Below, piece after piece: positions 29,000 to 38,325 of a DNA stretch of 64,000 bases. Every line of letters starts with the position of its first letter. Positions within the stretch are counted from its first letter, which is position 1. A program made the translations under genes and the position numbers. A model generated the notes under the pieces. The model had not been told where the DNA came from and did not search any database. It saw nothing but the letters and a program-made list of their open reading frames with translations. Origin of the DNA: Candidatus Moraniibacteriota bacterium (lineage in GTDB: Bacteria; Patescibacteriota; Minisyncoccia; Moranbacterales; UBA1568); the NCBI GenBank assembly GCA_963743885.1, contig CAVURJ010000002.1:241706-305705 (forward strand), written 5' to 3'.

Positions 29000-30370
29000 A
29001 TGAAGCATTACTCGTACAAATTTTGGATCGCATTTGTCGTCGCGTCGGCTGTTTTCCTGACGGGCTGGTTCGTTTTCTGGGAGCTCAAGAACGGGCATCT
29101 ATCGAGCCTGCGCAGCATGGTAGGACTTCTGCCAGTCTCAGAAGAGACGAAGACCGATCTCGATACAGTCGTCTACCTCGCCGAATCCCTCATGGATACC
29201 GATGGCGAAGAGAAGACGTTCCTCATCCTCTTCCAGAATGATCTCGAGCTCCGTCCGGGCGGCGGTTTCATCGGCAGCTTTGGCATCCTCAAGGTGCGCG
29301 ATGGTCATGGGACGCATTTCGCTGTGCATGATACCGGCAATTTCGATGGCCGTATCCCTGATACTGTCTTGCCGCCGTATCCGATGAAGGAGACACTCGG
29401 TATCCCGTCGTGGAAATTCCGCGATTCGAACTATGCACCGGACTTTGCGACCAATGCCAAGCAGGCTGAGGATTTCTATCACATGGGCCAGGGTGCCGAG
29501 CAGTTCGATGGCGTCGTCGGTATCACGACCGATGTGCTCGAGTCGTTCCTCTCTGTGACTGGGCCGATCGAGATTGAAGGCTTCCCGGGCACGTACGGTG
29601 CGGACAATGCTGTCATCGACCTTGAGCGTCAGGTGGAGCAAGACTACGTGAAGCAGGGGATCGCATTCGGCGAGCGCAAGACCGTCATGGGTATCCTCGG
29701 GTCTGAGATCATCGGCCGCGTGAAGGCGATGCCGCTCTCCCAGAAATATGAGCTGTTCAGGGTGTTGCTCGTCGATCTCCATGAGAAGAGTATCCAGATC
29801 ATGCTCCGCGATGAGGCGCTCCAGGGCGCGGTGGTTGCGGCTGGCTGGGATGGTGCGTTTGATGCACAGTGGAAGGATGATTATCTCTTCCTCGTCGATG
29901 CCAACCTCAACTCTTTCAAGAGTGATTACTTCGTGAAGCGTTCGTATGACTATACGGTCGATCTCACAGGGGAGGTCCCGCAGGCGACACTCGCCGTGAC
30001 GTACAAGCATACAGCGACGGCTCGCGATTGGCTCACCAAGGACTACCAGACCTTCCTCCGTGTCTATGTGCCGAAGGGGAGTTATCTCGCGTCGATCGAG
30101 GGCAACAGCAAGCCGCAGGTCTATGGCGAGTTCATGGGCAAGAAGTACTTTGGTGTTCTCATGCAGGTGCCGATCAATACGGAAAAGACCGTGACCTTCC
30201 GGTATGCTCTGCCGAAGGATATCGAACGCGATTGGTACGATCTCGAATGGCAGAAGCAGCCAGGTCTCGACGGGGTGCCAGTCCGCGTGACCGTCATCGC
30301 GAAGGACGGATCGAAGACAGAAAAGGAGTTCGCACTCGACCGTGATACTGTCCTGTCAGAAGTGAAATAG
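29000..30370 (+). CDS. DUF4012 domain membrane protein (second paralogue)
   Basis: LILFQNDLELRPGGGFIGS, RDSNYAPDF, FDGVVG, DANLNSFKSD, LRVYVPKGS, QKQPG. Confidence 0.82.
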   Translation: MKHYSYKFWIAFVVASAVFLTGWFVFWELKNGHLSSLRSMVGLLPVSEETKTDLDTVVYLAESLMDTDGEEKTFLILFQNDLELRPGGGFIGSFGILKVRDGHGTHFAVHDTGNFDGRIPDTVLPPYPMKETLGIPSWKFRDSNYAPDFATNAKQAEDFYHMGQGAEQFDGVVGITTDVLESFLSVTGPIEIEGFPGTYGADNAVIDLERQVEQDYVKQGIAFGERKTVMGILGSEIIGRVKAMPLSQKYELFRVLLVDLHEKSIQIMLRDEALQGAVVAAGWDGAFDAQWKDDYLFLVDANLNSFKSDYFVKRSYDYTVDLTGEVPQATLAVTYKHTATARDWLTKDYQTFLRVYVPKGSYLASIEGNSKPQVYGEFMGKKYFGVLMQVPINTEKTVTFRYALPKDIERDWYDLEWQKQPGLDGVPVRVTVIAKDGSKTEKEFALDRDTVLSEVK

Positions 30371-30504
30371 GCGCTCTCTCGGAAGCGGAAGCTTCCGTGC
30401 AGAGAAAAGGGGATGCCACTTGCATGTGCGGCCAGGCATCCCTTTTTCTCTGCCAACCGGTAGAAAGAGTTGTTTTCCAATCTGAAGAGAAAGAGAGGGG
30501 AATC

Positions 30505-31095
30505 ATGGAATCGTTTTTGTTGCTTCATCTGTATTTCTTCGGTATGACGACCGCGTTTGCTTTTTGCATGTGGTTCGTCTGGAACGGGGCGCGGAGTCTC
30601 GTGAAACATGAAGCGCTTCGCAAGGAGTTCAAGACAGCTTCCATGCTTCGGGATGTTGCGGTCATCATGTTTGCTGGCGTTGCAGCTTCGGTGACGCTTG
30701 TTCTCGCAGAGACATTCTTTGAGTACATCGCTCTGGAATCTGACAGTATCCTGTATGGCCTCGTGCTGGTCATGACGTCGGCGTTCATCCTGATCGCCAT
30801 AGTTTCGAGGGTTCATGGGGTCTTCTCGAAGCTCAAGTGGGCCATCGAGATGGACCGGCTCCAGAAGCTTTCCGGCATCCTCATGACTTCCGCGCAACCT
30901 ACCGGGACTTCGTCCAAGATGTTCTCTGTTTATCGGGAAGACAATCATGAACCGCGGAGCTTCACTATCCGTGATGAATCGGTAGTGGAAAAGCTTAGGA
31001 TTCTTTTGGATCAGCGCGTGGTAGTCTTTTATGCCGCGCCGTCCGGAGAAGGGAATCTGTCCGTCGCCTGTTTTGTTGCTTCGGCTGAACGATGA
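30505..31095 (+). CDS. Hypothetical membrane protein (ORFan cassette)
   Basis: Three hydrophobic helices; GAGGGG SD; terminator at 31124-31165. Confidence 0.55.
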   Translation: MESFLLLHLYFFGMTTAFAFCMWFVWNGARSLVKHEALRKEFKTASMLRDVAVIMFAGVAASVTLVLAETFFEYIALESDSILYGLVLVMTSAFILIAIVSRVHGVFSKLKWAIEMDRLQKLSGILMTSAQPTGTSSKMFSVYREDNHEPRSFTIRDESVVEKLRILLDQRVVVFYAAPSGEGNLSVACFVASAER

Positions 31096-31297
31096 CCGTT
31101 TCTGAATCCTCTTTGATCGATTGTCCGCTGCCGTGGTAACACTCATGGCAGCGGATTTTCTTTTTCAGAGCCGTTTTTTCTAAAAAATGCTATACTTATA
31201 TGTAGCCGAATCGGGTGTCCGGCCCGGTTTCTTGTATGTCCGATTTCTGTTTTTATACTTGATACAAGATGCATAATACTTGATACAGAGCATTCCT

Positions 31298-31987
31298 ATG
31301 CGTTTCGACATCATCTCCATCTTTCCAGAGAGCTTCACATCGTATTTTGGCGTGTCGATGCTCAAGCGCGCACAGGAGGATGGGCTGATCGAGATCGCAG
31401 CTCATGATCTACGTGACTATGCGCATGATGCCCGCCGGACGGTCGATGATACGCCGTATGGCGGTGGAGCCGGTATGGTGTTGAAGCCTGAGCCGCTCGC
31501 AGAAGCCCTGGAACAGGTGTTAGGGGATAGTGGACAGGATAGAGGAAGAGAGAAGACGAGAACTATACTTTTTTCGGCGAAGGGCAAGCCGTTCACACAA
31601 GCGGATGCGCGGAGGCTCCGTGAGTATGACCGTCTCATCATGGTCTGTGGACGCTATGAGGGCATCGATGAGCGGATCGCGGAGCATATGATCGATGAAG
31701 AGCTTTCGATCGGCGAGTACGTGCTGACGGGCGGCGAGCTCGCGGCTATGATCGTGACGGATGCGGTGGCGCGGCTCATCCCTGGGGTGCTCGGCAACGC
31801 GGAGAGCGCGGAGACGGAGTCTCATAGCGAAGAGGGCGTGGTGGAGTATCCACAGTACACCAAGCCGGAAGAGTTCCGTGGTTGGAAGGTGCCGGAAGTA
31901 CTCCTGTCTGGGCATCATGCGGAGATTGAGAAGTGGCGGAAGGAGATGTCGGAAAAGAATAGTAGGGAAAGGAATTCCGCCAAGTGA
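31298..31987 (+). CDS. trmD: tRNA (guanine37-N1)-methyltransferase
   Basis: VDDTPYGGGAGM, CGRYEGIDER, SIGEYVLTGGE, YPQYTKP, VLLSGHH. Confidence 0.97.
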   Translation: MRFDIISIFPESFTSYFGVSMLKRAQEDGLIEIAAHDLRDYAHDARRTVDDTPYGGGAGMVLKPEPLAEALEQVLGDSGQDRGREKTRTILFSAKGKPFTQADARRLREYDRLIMVCGRYEGIDERIAEHMIDEELSIGEYVLTGGELAAMIVTDAVARLIPGVLGNAESAETESHSEEGVVEYPQYTKPEEFRGWKVPEVLLSGHHAEIEKWRKEMSEKNSRERNSAK

Positions 31988-32104
31988 ATTTTCAATGTAC
32001 GAATTTTCAATTTTCAATCAATTACCCAATCTCGCAATTTTCAATGTTTGAAATATTGAATCATTGAAAATTCAATGAAAATTGTGAATTGATAATTGGA
32101 AATT
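31986..32104. repeat. 7-8 nt periodic inverted array
   Basis: aattttc repeats followed by complementary gaaaatt/attgaa repeats. Confidence 0.7.
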
Positions 32105-32130
32105 TTTTAGCAGATTTTTTTAAAGTGATT

Positions 32131-33231
32131 GTGAAAAACCCATTCGATCGCCCATTATTCACCGCTATCCTGATTCTGCTCGGCATCGGTCTCATGATGG
32201 TCGCGTCCGCTGGCGTGGTCTATGGCCAGGTGCGCTTCGGCGACGGGTACTACTTCCTCAAACAGCAGCTGCTCGGCCTTGGTGTGGGACTCGTGTTTCT
32301 CTATGTTCTCCAGCGCATCGATTATCATTTTTGGCAGAAGCTGGTCGTGCCGATTTTCCTTACGGCGCTTGGGCTTCTCGTCCTTGTCTTCGTTCCTGGT
32401 TTCGGCACCACGGTCTATGGCGCGGCGCGCTGGGTGGAGATCGGGCCAGTGTCGTTCCAGCCGTCTGAGGTCATGAAGCTCGCCATCATCCTCTATCTCG
32501 CGGCCTGGTTCGCGAGTAAGGGGCGGGCCAGAGCAGCCGACTTCTTTGAGGGATTCGTGCCGTTCCTCGCGCTCCTCTCCGTCGTCGGTTTCCTCATCAT
32601 CAAGCAGCCAGATACTGGAACGCTCGGCCTCATCTTCCTCATTGCGCTCTCAATATTCTTCGTTTCCGGCGCGAGTATCAGGCATATCGTCTATCTCTTT
32701 CTCGGCGGACTCGCTTTCCTCGGTATCCTTATCAAGGCGGCGCCGTACCGCATGCAGCGCTTTCTCGTCTTCGTCAATCCAGAACATGATCCGCAGGGGT
32801 TCGGCTATCAGATGACTCAGGCACTAGTCGCTATCGGGTCGGGAGGATTCTTCGGTCTCGGCTTGGGACAGAGCCGGCAGAAATTCAACTATCTGCCTGA
32901 GCCGGTCACCGACTCCATCTATGCGGTGCTCGGCGAGGAGCTCGGCTTCATCGGCTGCGCTATCGTGGTCGCGCTCTTCCTCTATATCGCCTGGCGCGGC
33001 CTCCGGATAGCAGCTGGGGCTCCGGATGCCTTCGGGCGATTCGTCGCGGTCGGCATCGTCTCTTGGATTGTCTTCCAGGCGCTCATCAATATGTCGGCGA
33101 TCACCGGTTTGGTGCCGCTCACCGGTATTCCGCTCCCGTTTGTGAGCTATGGTGGAACGTCGCTTGCCGTGCTTCTCTCCGCGGTCGGAATCTTGCTCAA
33201 TATAAGCAAACATTCTACACTGAAGGCGTAG
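32131..33231 (+). CDS. ftsW: SEDS peptidoglycan glycosyltransferase FtsW
   Basis: GAARW, FQPSE..K, QPDTG, GYQ, GSGG..GLG.S.QK..YLPE..TD, PFVSYGG. Confidence 0.93.
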   Translation: MKNPFDRPLFTAILILLGIGLMMVASAGVVYGQVRFGDGYYFLKQQLLGLGVGLVFLYVLQRIDYHFWQKLVVPIFLTALGLLVLVFVPGFGTTVYGAARWVEIGPVSFQPSEVMKLAIILYLAAWFASKGRARAADFFEGFVPFLALLSVVGFLIIKQPDTGTLGLIFLIALSIFFVSGASIRHIVYLFLGGLAFLGILIKAAPYRMQRFLVFVNPEHDPQGFGYQMTQALVAIGSGGFFGLGLGQSRQKFNYLPEPVTDSIYAVLGEELGFIGCAIVVALFLYIAWRGLRIAAGAPDAFGRFVAVGIVSWIVFQALINMSAITGLVPLTGIPLPFVSYGGTSLAVLLSAVGILLNISKHSTLKA

Positions 33232-33233
33232 AT

Positions 33234-33347
33234 AAGTCCTTAAAGTTTATAAAGTTTTTCAAGTTCATAAAGCAAGAATCGCTTCGCGATGCTTTCTGAT
33301 GAATTTACGGCTTGATGGACTTTACGGACTTTATAACCTGATAGACT
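33234..33347. repeat. 9-nt periodic inverted array
   Basis: aagtcctta aagtttata aagtttttc aagttcata ... ttatggact-like complementary repeats. Confidence 0.65.
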
Positions 33348-33351
33348 CCCT

Positions 33352-34488
33352 ATGTCTGATACTCCTAGAATCGTTCTCACCGGTGGCATCTCTGGCGGTC
33401 ACACGTTTCCACTCGTGGCTGTTTCGCGTGCGCTCCGGAAGCGGTTTCCAGAGGGTGTTGAGTTTCTTTTCCTCGGGCCGCAGGGCCGTTTCGAAGTCGA
33501 GGCGATGGCCAAGGAAAACATCCCGACCCATCATATCGCGACCGGCAAATGGCGCCGCTATTTCTCATTCCAGAATTTTTCTGATCTCTTCCGTCTCCCG
33601 GTTGGCTTCGTCCAAGCGCTCTGGCAGCTCTATGTCTTCATGCCGGAAGTAGTCTTTTCGAAGGGTGGGGCGGCGTCGGTGCCGGTCGTTCTGGCAGCGC
33701 GGGTGCTCCGTATTCCGGTCGTAATGCATGATTCCGATGCAGTGGCCGGACGGGCCAACCGGTTCCTCGCGCGCTTCGCGGAGCGTATCGCTATCGCCTA
33801 TCCGAGCGCTGGGAAATATTTTCCAGAAAGGAAGACAGCTCTTACCGGTAATCCTGTCCGCGAAGAGATCTTGGCGGGGGATGCTGATCGGGCCGCCGCG
33901 GCGTACGGCTTGTCCCGCGAGCGGCAGACGCTGCTCGTGCTTGGTGGTAGCCAAGGCGCATATTTCCTCAATGCTGCGATTCTCAAGACTCTGCCTGAGC
34001 TGCTTTCCCGCGATGTTCAGGTGATCCATCAGTCTGGTGCGGATAATTATGAGGCTATACAGCAGGCAATCGCCACTCATGACGAAGCGCTGCCCAATTC
34101 TTCTCGCTATGTGCTCAAGCCGTTCTTCCAGGCAGAGGAACTTGCTGATGCTCTCGCACTCTCGACGCTCGTCTTGTCGCGCGCTGGTGCGGGATCGATT
34201 GCCGAGATCGCCGCGGTGAAGAAGCCGGCTATCCTCGTGCCGCTCGCGAGCGCAGCCAATGATGAACAGCGCATGAATGCCTATGATGTGGCGGAGGTTG
34301 GCGGTGCGCTCGTCCTTGAAGAGGCGAACATGGGCAAGAACATGCTGTTCGAGAATATTCTCGAACTGCTCGGTCATCCGGAGACGCTCGCTTCGATGAG
34401 CGAGAAGATCAGTGCGTTCCATCATCCTGATGCTGCCGATACGATCGCATCTGGTCTTTATGAGATTGTCGTGAAACGTAACGTTTGA
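33352..34488 (+). CDS. murG: MurG GlcNAc transferase
   Basis: TGGISGGHTFP, KGG, TGNPVR, LGGSQGA, SRAGA, EQRMNA. Confidence 0.95.
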   Translation: MSDTPRIVLTGGISGGHTFPLVAVSRALRKRFPEGVEFLFLGPQGRFEVEAMAKENIPTHHIATGKWRRYFSFQNFSDLFRLPVGFVQALWQLYVFMPEVVFSKGGAASVPVVLAARVLRIPVVMHDSDAVAGRANRFLARFAERIAIAYPSAGKYFPERKTALTGNPVREEILAGDADRAAAAYGLSRERQTLLVLGGSQGAYFLNAAILKTLPELLSRDVQVIHQSGADNYEAIQQAIATHDEALPNSSRYVLKPFFQAEELADALALSTLVLSRAGAGSIAEIAAVKKPAILVPLASAANDEQRMNAYDVAEVGGALVLEEANMGKNMLFENILELLGHPETLASMSEKISAFHHPDAADTIASGLYEIVVKRNV

Positions 34489-34544
34489 ATCGCATTCTCA
34501 GCTTGGGAGGGCTAAGAAGTGGATGAAGCTAAAAGCTACCCCAT

Positions 34545-35957
34545 ATGTCTGATAAGAAACTGTCGAACTGGAAGAAGATTCATATGATCGGCATTAAGGG
34601 TGCCGGCATGACGGCGCTTGCTGAGTTGCTCGCGCGCCAGGGGGCGACGGTCACTGGTTCCGATACATCGGAAGTCTTCTTCACTGATGCCATTCTCAAG
34701 GGGCTCGATATCCGTTTTTCGGAGAGCTTTGATCCGGCCAATATCCCGAAAGGCACCCAGGTGGTCGTCTATTCGACGGCCTATTCCCGGGAGAAGAATC
34801 CCGAGCTCGAAGCTGCCTATGCTCTCGGTGTACCGGTGATGAGCTATCCCGAGGCGCTCGGATCGCTTTCGCGTGAGAAGCTGACGCTTGCGGTCTGCGG
34901 CACACATGGCAAGACGACGACCTCCGCGCTCCTCGCTGATACACTCAAGTTCTGCGGCAAGGACCCGTCGGCTATCGTCGGCAGCCGCATCATGAGCTGG
35001 TCAGGCAATGCGCTTGCTGGATCGGGCGAACATCTCGTTATCGAGGCGGACGAATATCAGAACAAGCTCGCGCTCTATCATCCGTTCGCAGTCATCCTCA
35101 CGTCTGTCGATTGGGATCATCCTGATTTCTTTCCAGATACGGCGAGTTATGAGCAGGTCTTTCGTGATTTCATCGCGCGCATACCCAAGCACGGCGTCCT
35201 GGTCTACTGCGCTGATTCTTCAGCGGTCGCTCGTGTGGCTGAGGCAGCGGTATGTCGGAAGATCGGGTATGGATTCCTTGATGGTGCCGAGTTTCGCATC
35301 GGGGGATATGCGCCGGAGCAGCCCGGATTCGTCCCAGAGAAGGATGCTATCAGGCAGCGCTTCACGGTCACGGCAGGAGAAGAATCGCTCGGTGGCTTCA
35401 CGCTTCGGCTCGCTGGCGAACACAATGCGCAGAATGCAGCCGCCGTCATCGCGCTCGCGTCGTTTCTCAAGCTCGATATGGAGCGGGTACGCTCGGCACT
35501 CGGTAGGTTCTCTGGCACGGAGCGGCGTTTCGAGCTTATCGGCGAACGCTATGGTGCACCGATCTACGATGATTATGCCCATCATCCTGAGGAGATCCGC
35601 GTGACGCTCAAGGCATTCCGCGAGCTCTATCCCGATCGGCGCCTGCGCGTCATCTTTCATCCACATACGTTCACTCGTACCCGTGCGCTCCTATCTGATT
35701 TTGCTCAGAGTTTCGATGATGCTGATGAAGTGGTGCTGCTCGATATCTATGGTAGCGCGCGCGAAGAGCAAGGTGGCGTCTCATCTGCCGATCTCGCTCT
35801 GCTCATCAATCAGATCTTCCCGAGCAAGGCCCGTGTCGCGGAGAGCCATGAATCTATCCTTGCCGAGCTCGAGGAGACAGCGGGTCGTCAGGATGTTATT
35901 ATTACGCTAGGTGCTGGTAACGTCTGGGAGATATCGCACAAGCTGGCACGTATTTAG
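34545..35957 (+). CDS. murC: UDP-N-acetylmuramate--L-alanine ligase
   Basis: IGIKGAGM, GTHGKTTT, EADEY, DHPD, DDYAHHPEEI, PHTFTR. Confidence 0.96.
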   Translation: MSDKKLSNWKKIHMIGIKGAGMTALAELLARQGATVTGSDTSEVFFTDAILKGLDIRFSESFDPANIPKGTQVVVYSTAYSREKNPELEAAYALGVPVMSYPEALGSLSREKLTLAVCGTHGKTTTSALLADTLKFCGKDPSAIVGSRIMSWSGNALAGSGEHLVIEADEYQNKLALYHPFAVILTSVDWDHPDFFPDTASYEQVFRDFIARIPKHGVLVYCADSSAVARVAEAAVCRKIGYGFLDGAEFRIGGYAPEQPGFVPEKDAIRQRFTVTAGEESLGGFTLRLAGEHNAQNAAAVIALASFLKLDMERVRSALGRFSGTERRFELIGERYGAPIYDDYAHHPEEIRVTLKAFRELYPDRRLRVIFHPHTFTRTRALLSDFAQSFDDADEVVLLDIYGSAREEQGGVSSADLALLINQIFPSKARVAESHESILAELEETAGRQDVIITLGAGNVWEISHKLARI

Positions 35958-35959
35958 GA

Positions 35960-36042
35960 AGAGATAGAGGTAGGAGGCAAGAGGAAGGGGATAAGAGATG
36001 AGAGATAAAAGAGAGAAGAGATACAAAATACTAGATACAAAA
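35960..36042. repeat. Purine-rich heptamer-period array
   Basis: agatag aggtagg aggcaag aggaagg ggataag agatgag agataaa ... atacaaa atactag atacaaa. Confidence 0.6.
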
Positions 36043-36045
36043 AGT

Positions 36046-36975
36046 ATGCATCTAAGAGAACACGTGCCGCTCGCGCCACTCACGACCTTCAAGGTCGGTG
36101 GTTCGGCTGACTATTTTGCTGAGGTAGCAGGGACGCTCGAGCTTGCTGAAGCGTTCGAGTATGCAGAGGCGCACCATATACCGTTCTGTGTCTTGGGTGG
36201 CGGTAGCAACGTGCTTTTTTCTGACCAGGGTTTCCGTGGTATAGTGATCCATATCAATGATGGTGGCGTGCACGCATCCGGTGACAAGCTGCTTTGTGGT
36301 GCGGGGATGCCGCTTTTCGATGCGGTTTGGGCGGCCAAGGACGCCGAGCTCGCGGGTATCGAGAAGCTCGCCGGTATCCCGGGGTCTATCGGTGGTGCGG
36401 TGCGCGGCAATGCCGGAGCGTTCGGTACAGAGATGAAAGATGTCGTCTCGAAAGTCAAAGCATTCGTCCGCGATACCGGGATGGTCAAGGAATATGATAA
36501 CGAGCAGTGCGGTTTCGGCTATCGGACGAGCATCTTCAAGCGCGATCCGAAGCTGATCATTCTTTCGGCAGAGCTCAAGCTTCAGCCGGGGGGTAGTAAG
36601 AAGGAACTCGAGCGCGTCATCAAGGAGACCGTCGCGAAACGTGAGGCGAAGCATCCGCAGGATGCGCGTTGCGCCGGATCGTTCTTCACTAATCCAGTCG
36701 TGACGGACGAGCATCTCCGATCGGAGTTTGAGAAGGATACCGGTATGGCTCCGAAAGATGACAAGTTACCAGCCGGCTGGGTGATCGATCACGCGGGGCT
36801 CCGCGGTAAGCGGGTAGGAGGGGCGATGGTGAGTATGATTCATCCGAACTACCTCATCAATGCCGGCGATGCGACTGCAGAGGATGTCCTTATGCTCGCG
36901 AGCGTCGTTAAGCAGCGTGTGCGTGATGAGCTCGGCGTGCGACTTATAGAGGAAGTTCAGATGATCGGGTTCTGA
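36046..36975 (+). CDS. murB: UDP-N-acetylenolpyruvoylglucosamine reductase
   Basis: TTFKVGG, LGGGSN, GIPGSIGGAVRGNAGAFG, FGYRTS, AGSFFTNP. Confidence 0.95.
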   Translation: MHLREHVPLAPLTTFKVGGSADYFAEVAGTLELAEAFEYAEAHHIPFCVLGGGSNVLFSDQGFRGIVIHINDGGVHASGDKLLCGAGMPLFDAVWAAKDAELAGIEKLAGIPGSIGGAVRGNAGAFGTEMKDVVSKVKAFVRDTGMVKEYDNEQCGFGYRTSIFKRDPKLIILSAELKLQPGGSKKELERVIKETVAKREAKHPQDARCAGSFFTNPVVTDEHLRSEFEKDTGMAPKDDKLPAGWVIDHAGLRGKRVGGAMVSMIHPNYLINAGDATAEDVLMLASVVKQRVRDELGVRLIEEVQMIGF

Positions 36976-37107
36976 GACGTCTGACAGTGGCAGCTCGGCA
37001 TGTGCCGATACATATATATATCGACCGGGAGACAGTGATGTTGTCTCCCGTTTTCTTTTGTTTTTTCGGTGGTATAATGAAGGTATAATCGGATAATACG
37101 GAAAATC

Positions 37108-37305
37108 ATGGAACAGGAAATATTGAAGAAGCTTGAGGAGCAGGAGAAGAAGATTGATCTGATCTATGCGTCGGTGGAGAAGACTCGCGCGTATTTCCTA
37201 TGGACGCTGATTATTTCGGTCGCACTCTTCGTTCTTCCGCTTGTAGGGCTCATATTTGCTGTCCCATTCTTCTTATCCACACTTTCGGCTGCTTATGGCA
37301 TTTGA
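37108..37305 (+). CDS. Small membrane protein
   Basis: Coiled N-terminus and hydrophobic C-terminus; TATAAT boxes upstream. Confidence 0.7.
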   Translation: MEQEILKKLEEQEKKIDLIYASVEKTRAYFLWTLIISVALFVLPLVGLIFAVPFFLSTLSAAYGI

Positions 37306-37357
37306 CGGGGAGTGGTATAATAGAAGTATAAAAGGGTAATAATTAAAAACTACTATC

Positions 37358-37708
37358 ATGAACGTGCGATTCTTGTCGAAGGGGCTGGAGATGGATGATC
37401 GGACGAAAGACTATATCCTGAAGCGTCTCGAACGCTTGGAAAAACTGGTAGATCCTGTGAGTGAATTCGAAGTCGAGGTGGACATGGACAAGAAGGGCAA
37501 GTTCCGCGTAGAAGTGATGATCAAGACCCCGCATACTCTGTATCGGGCCGAGGATACGACGGAGAGCGTCGAGGGTTCGATCGATATTGCTGTCGATGAG
37601 CTCGAGATCCAGATCGTGAGAGGCAAGAACCGTTTCCGCGATCTCATCCGCCGTGGCGCCCGCTCCATCAAGAAGCGCCTCGCCATTGATAAGGATGCAA
37701 GATTCTAG
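37358..37708 (+). CDS. hpf: Ribosome hibernation factor (HPF/RaiA)
   Basis: S30EA fold pattern (YI.KRL..L, SID.AVD.LE.QI); upstream of secA, the conserved synteny. Confidence 0.85.
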   Translation: MNVRFLSKGLEMDDRTKDYILKRLERLEKLVDPVSEFEVEVDMDKKGKFRVEVMIKTPHTLYRAEDTTESVEGSIDIAVDELEIQIVRGKNRFRDLIRRGARSIKKRLAIDKDARF

Positions 37709-37719
37709 TGAAGATTTCC

Positions 37720-37753
37720 ACCCCGCACTTTCCGAAAGTGCGGGGTTTCTTTT
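37720..37753 (+). terminator. Intrinsic terminator after hpf
   Basis: ccccgcacttt-ccg-aaagtgcgggg plus T-run. Confidence 0.7.
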
Positions 37754-37841
37754 GACACGGCGGATATTTCATGGTATCCTTTTTGGTCCGGAATTCCGGG
37801 TGCAGTAGCTTGAAAACTTCAACAGAAGGAGGGTAGGAACC

Positions 37842-38084
37842 ATGAGCGATTTTGTAGTGGCAAGCAAGGAAGAGGTCGCGAGAGCGATGGAATTAGCCAA
37901 GAGCTCATATCGACCGAAGGAAATCCTTGAACTCCAGCAAGAGATTGAGGGGGAAACCAGGGCAGCAGAGATCTTCGCTGCTGTCACGGGCAAGGCTGAC
38001 CCGGCAAAGATTCAACAAATCGTTGAGATGAAGTTAAAGCTTGACGGCTTGTATTCCAAATGGCTCGCCGGCTGTATCGCCTGA
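37842..38084 (+). CDS. Hypothetical helical protein (ORFan cassette)
   Basis: AAGGAGG SD, promoter TTGACA-17-TATCCT at 37752-37780, terminator at 38099-38141. Confidence 0.65.
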   Translation: MSDFVVASKEEVARAMELAKSSYRPKEILELQQEIEGETRAAEIFAAVTGKADPAKIQQIVEMKLKLDGLYSKWLAGCIA

Positions 38085-38286
38085 CACCTCCCGCACGCAA
38101 GCCGCATCCTCAGACCAAACGGTCCAGGGTGCGGTTTTTTCTTTGTTTTGGACCGTATTTGAGCCGTTTTTCATACATACCACACGATACATGATACCCA
38201 ATACGCCACTTTGACTCCCTGTGGTTTCTCTGATAAAATTGAGAGGAAATTGGCTTTATTAAAAGGAAAACGATGAATTGTTTTCC

Positions 38287-38325
38287 GTTAGTTGCTGACT
38301 GTTAATTGTTCACTGTTCACTGATT
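38287..38325. repeat. Heptamer array abutting the secA start
   Basis: gttagtt gctgact gttaatt gttcact gttcact gatt. Confidence 0.65.
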
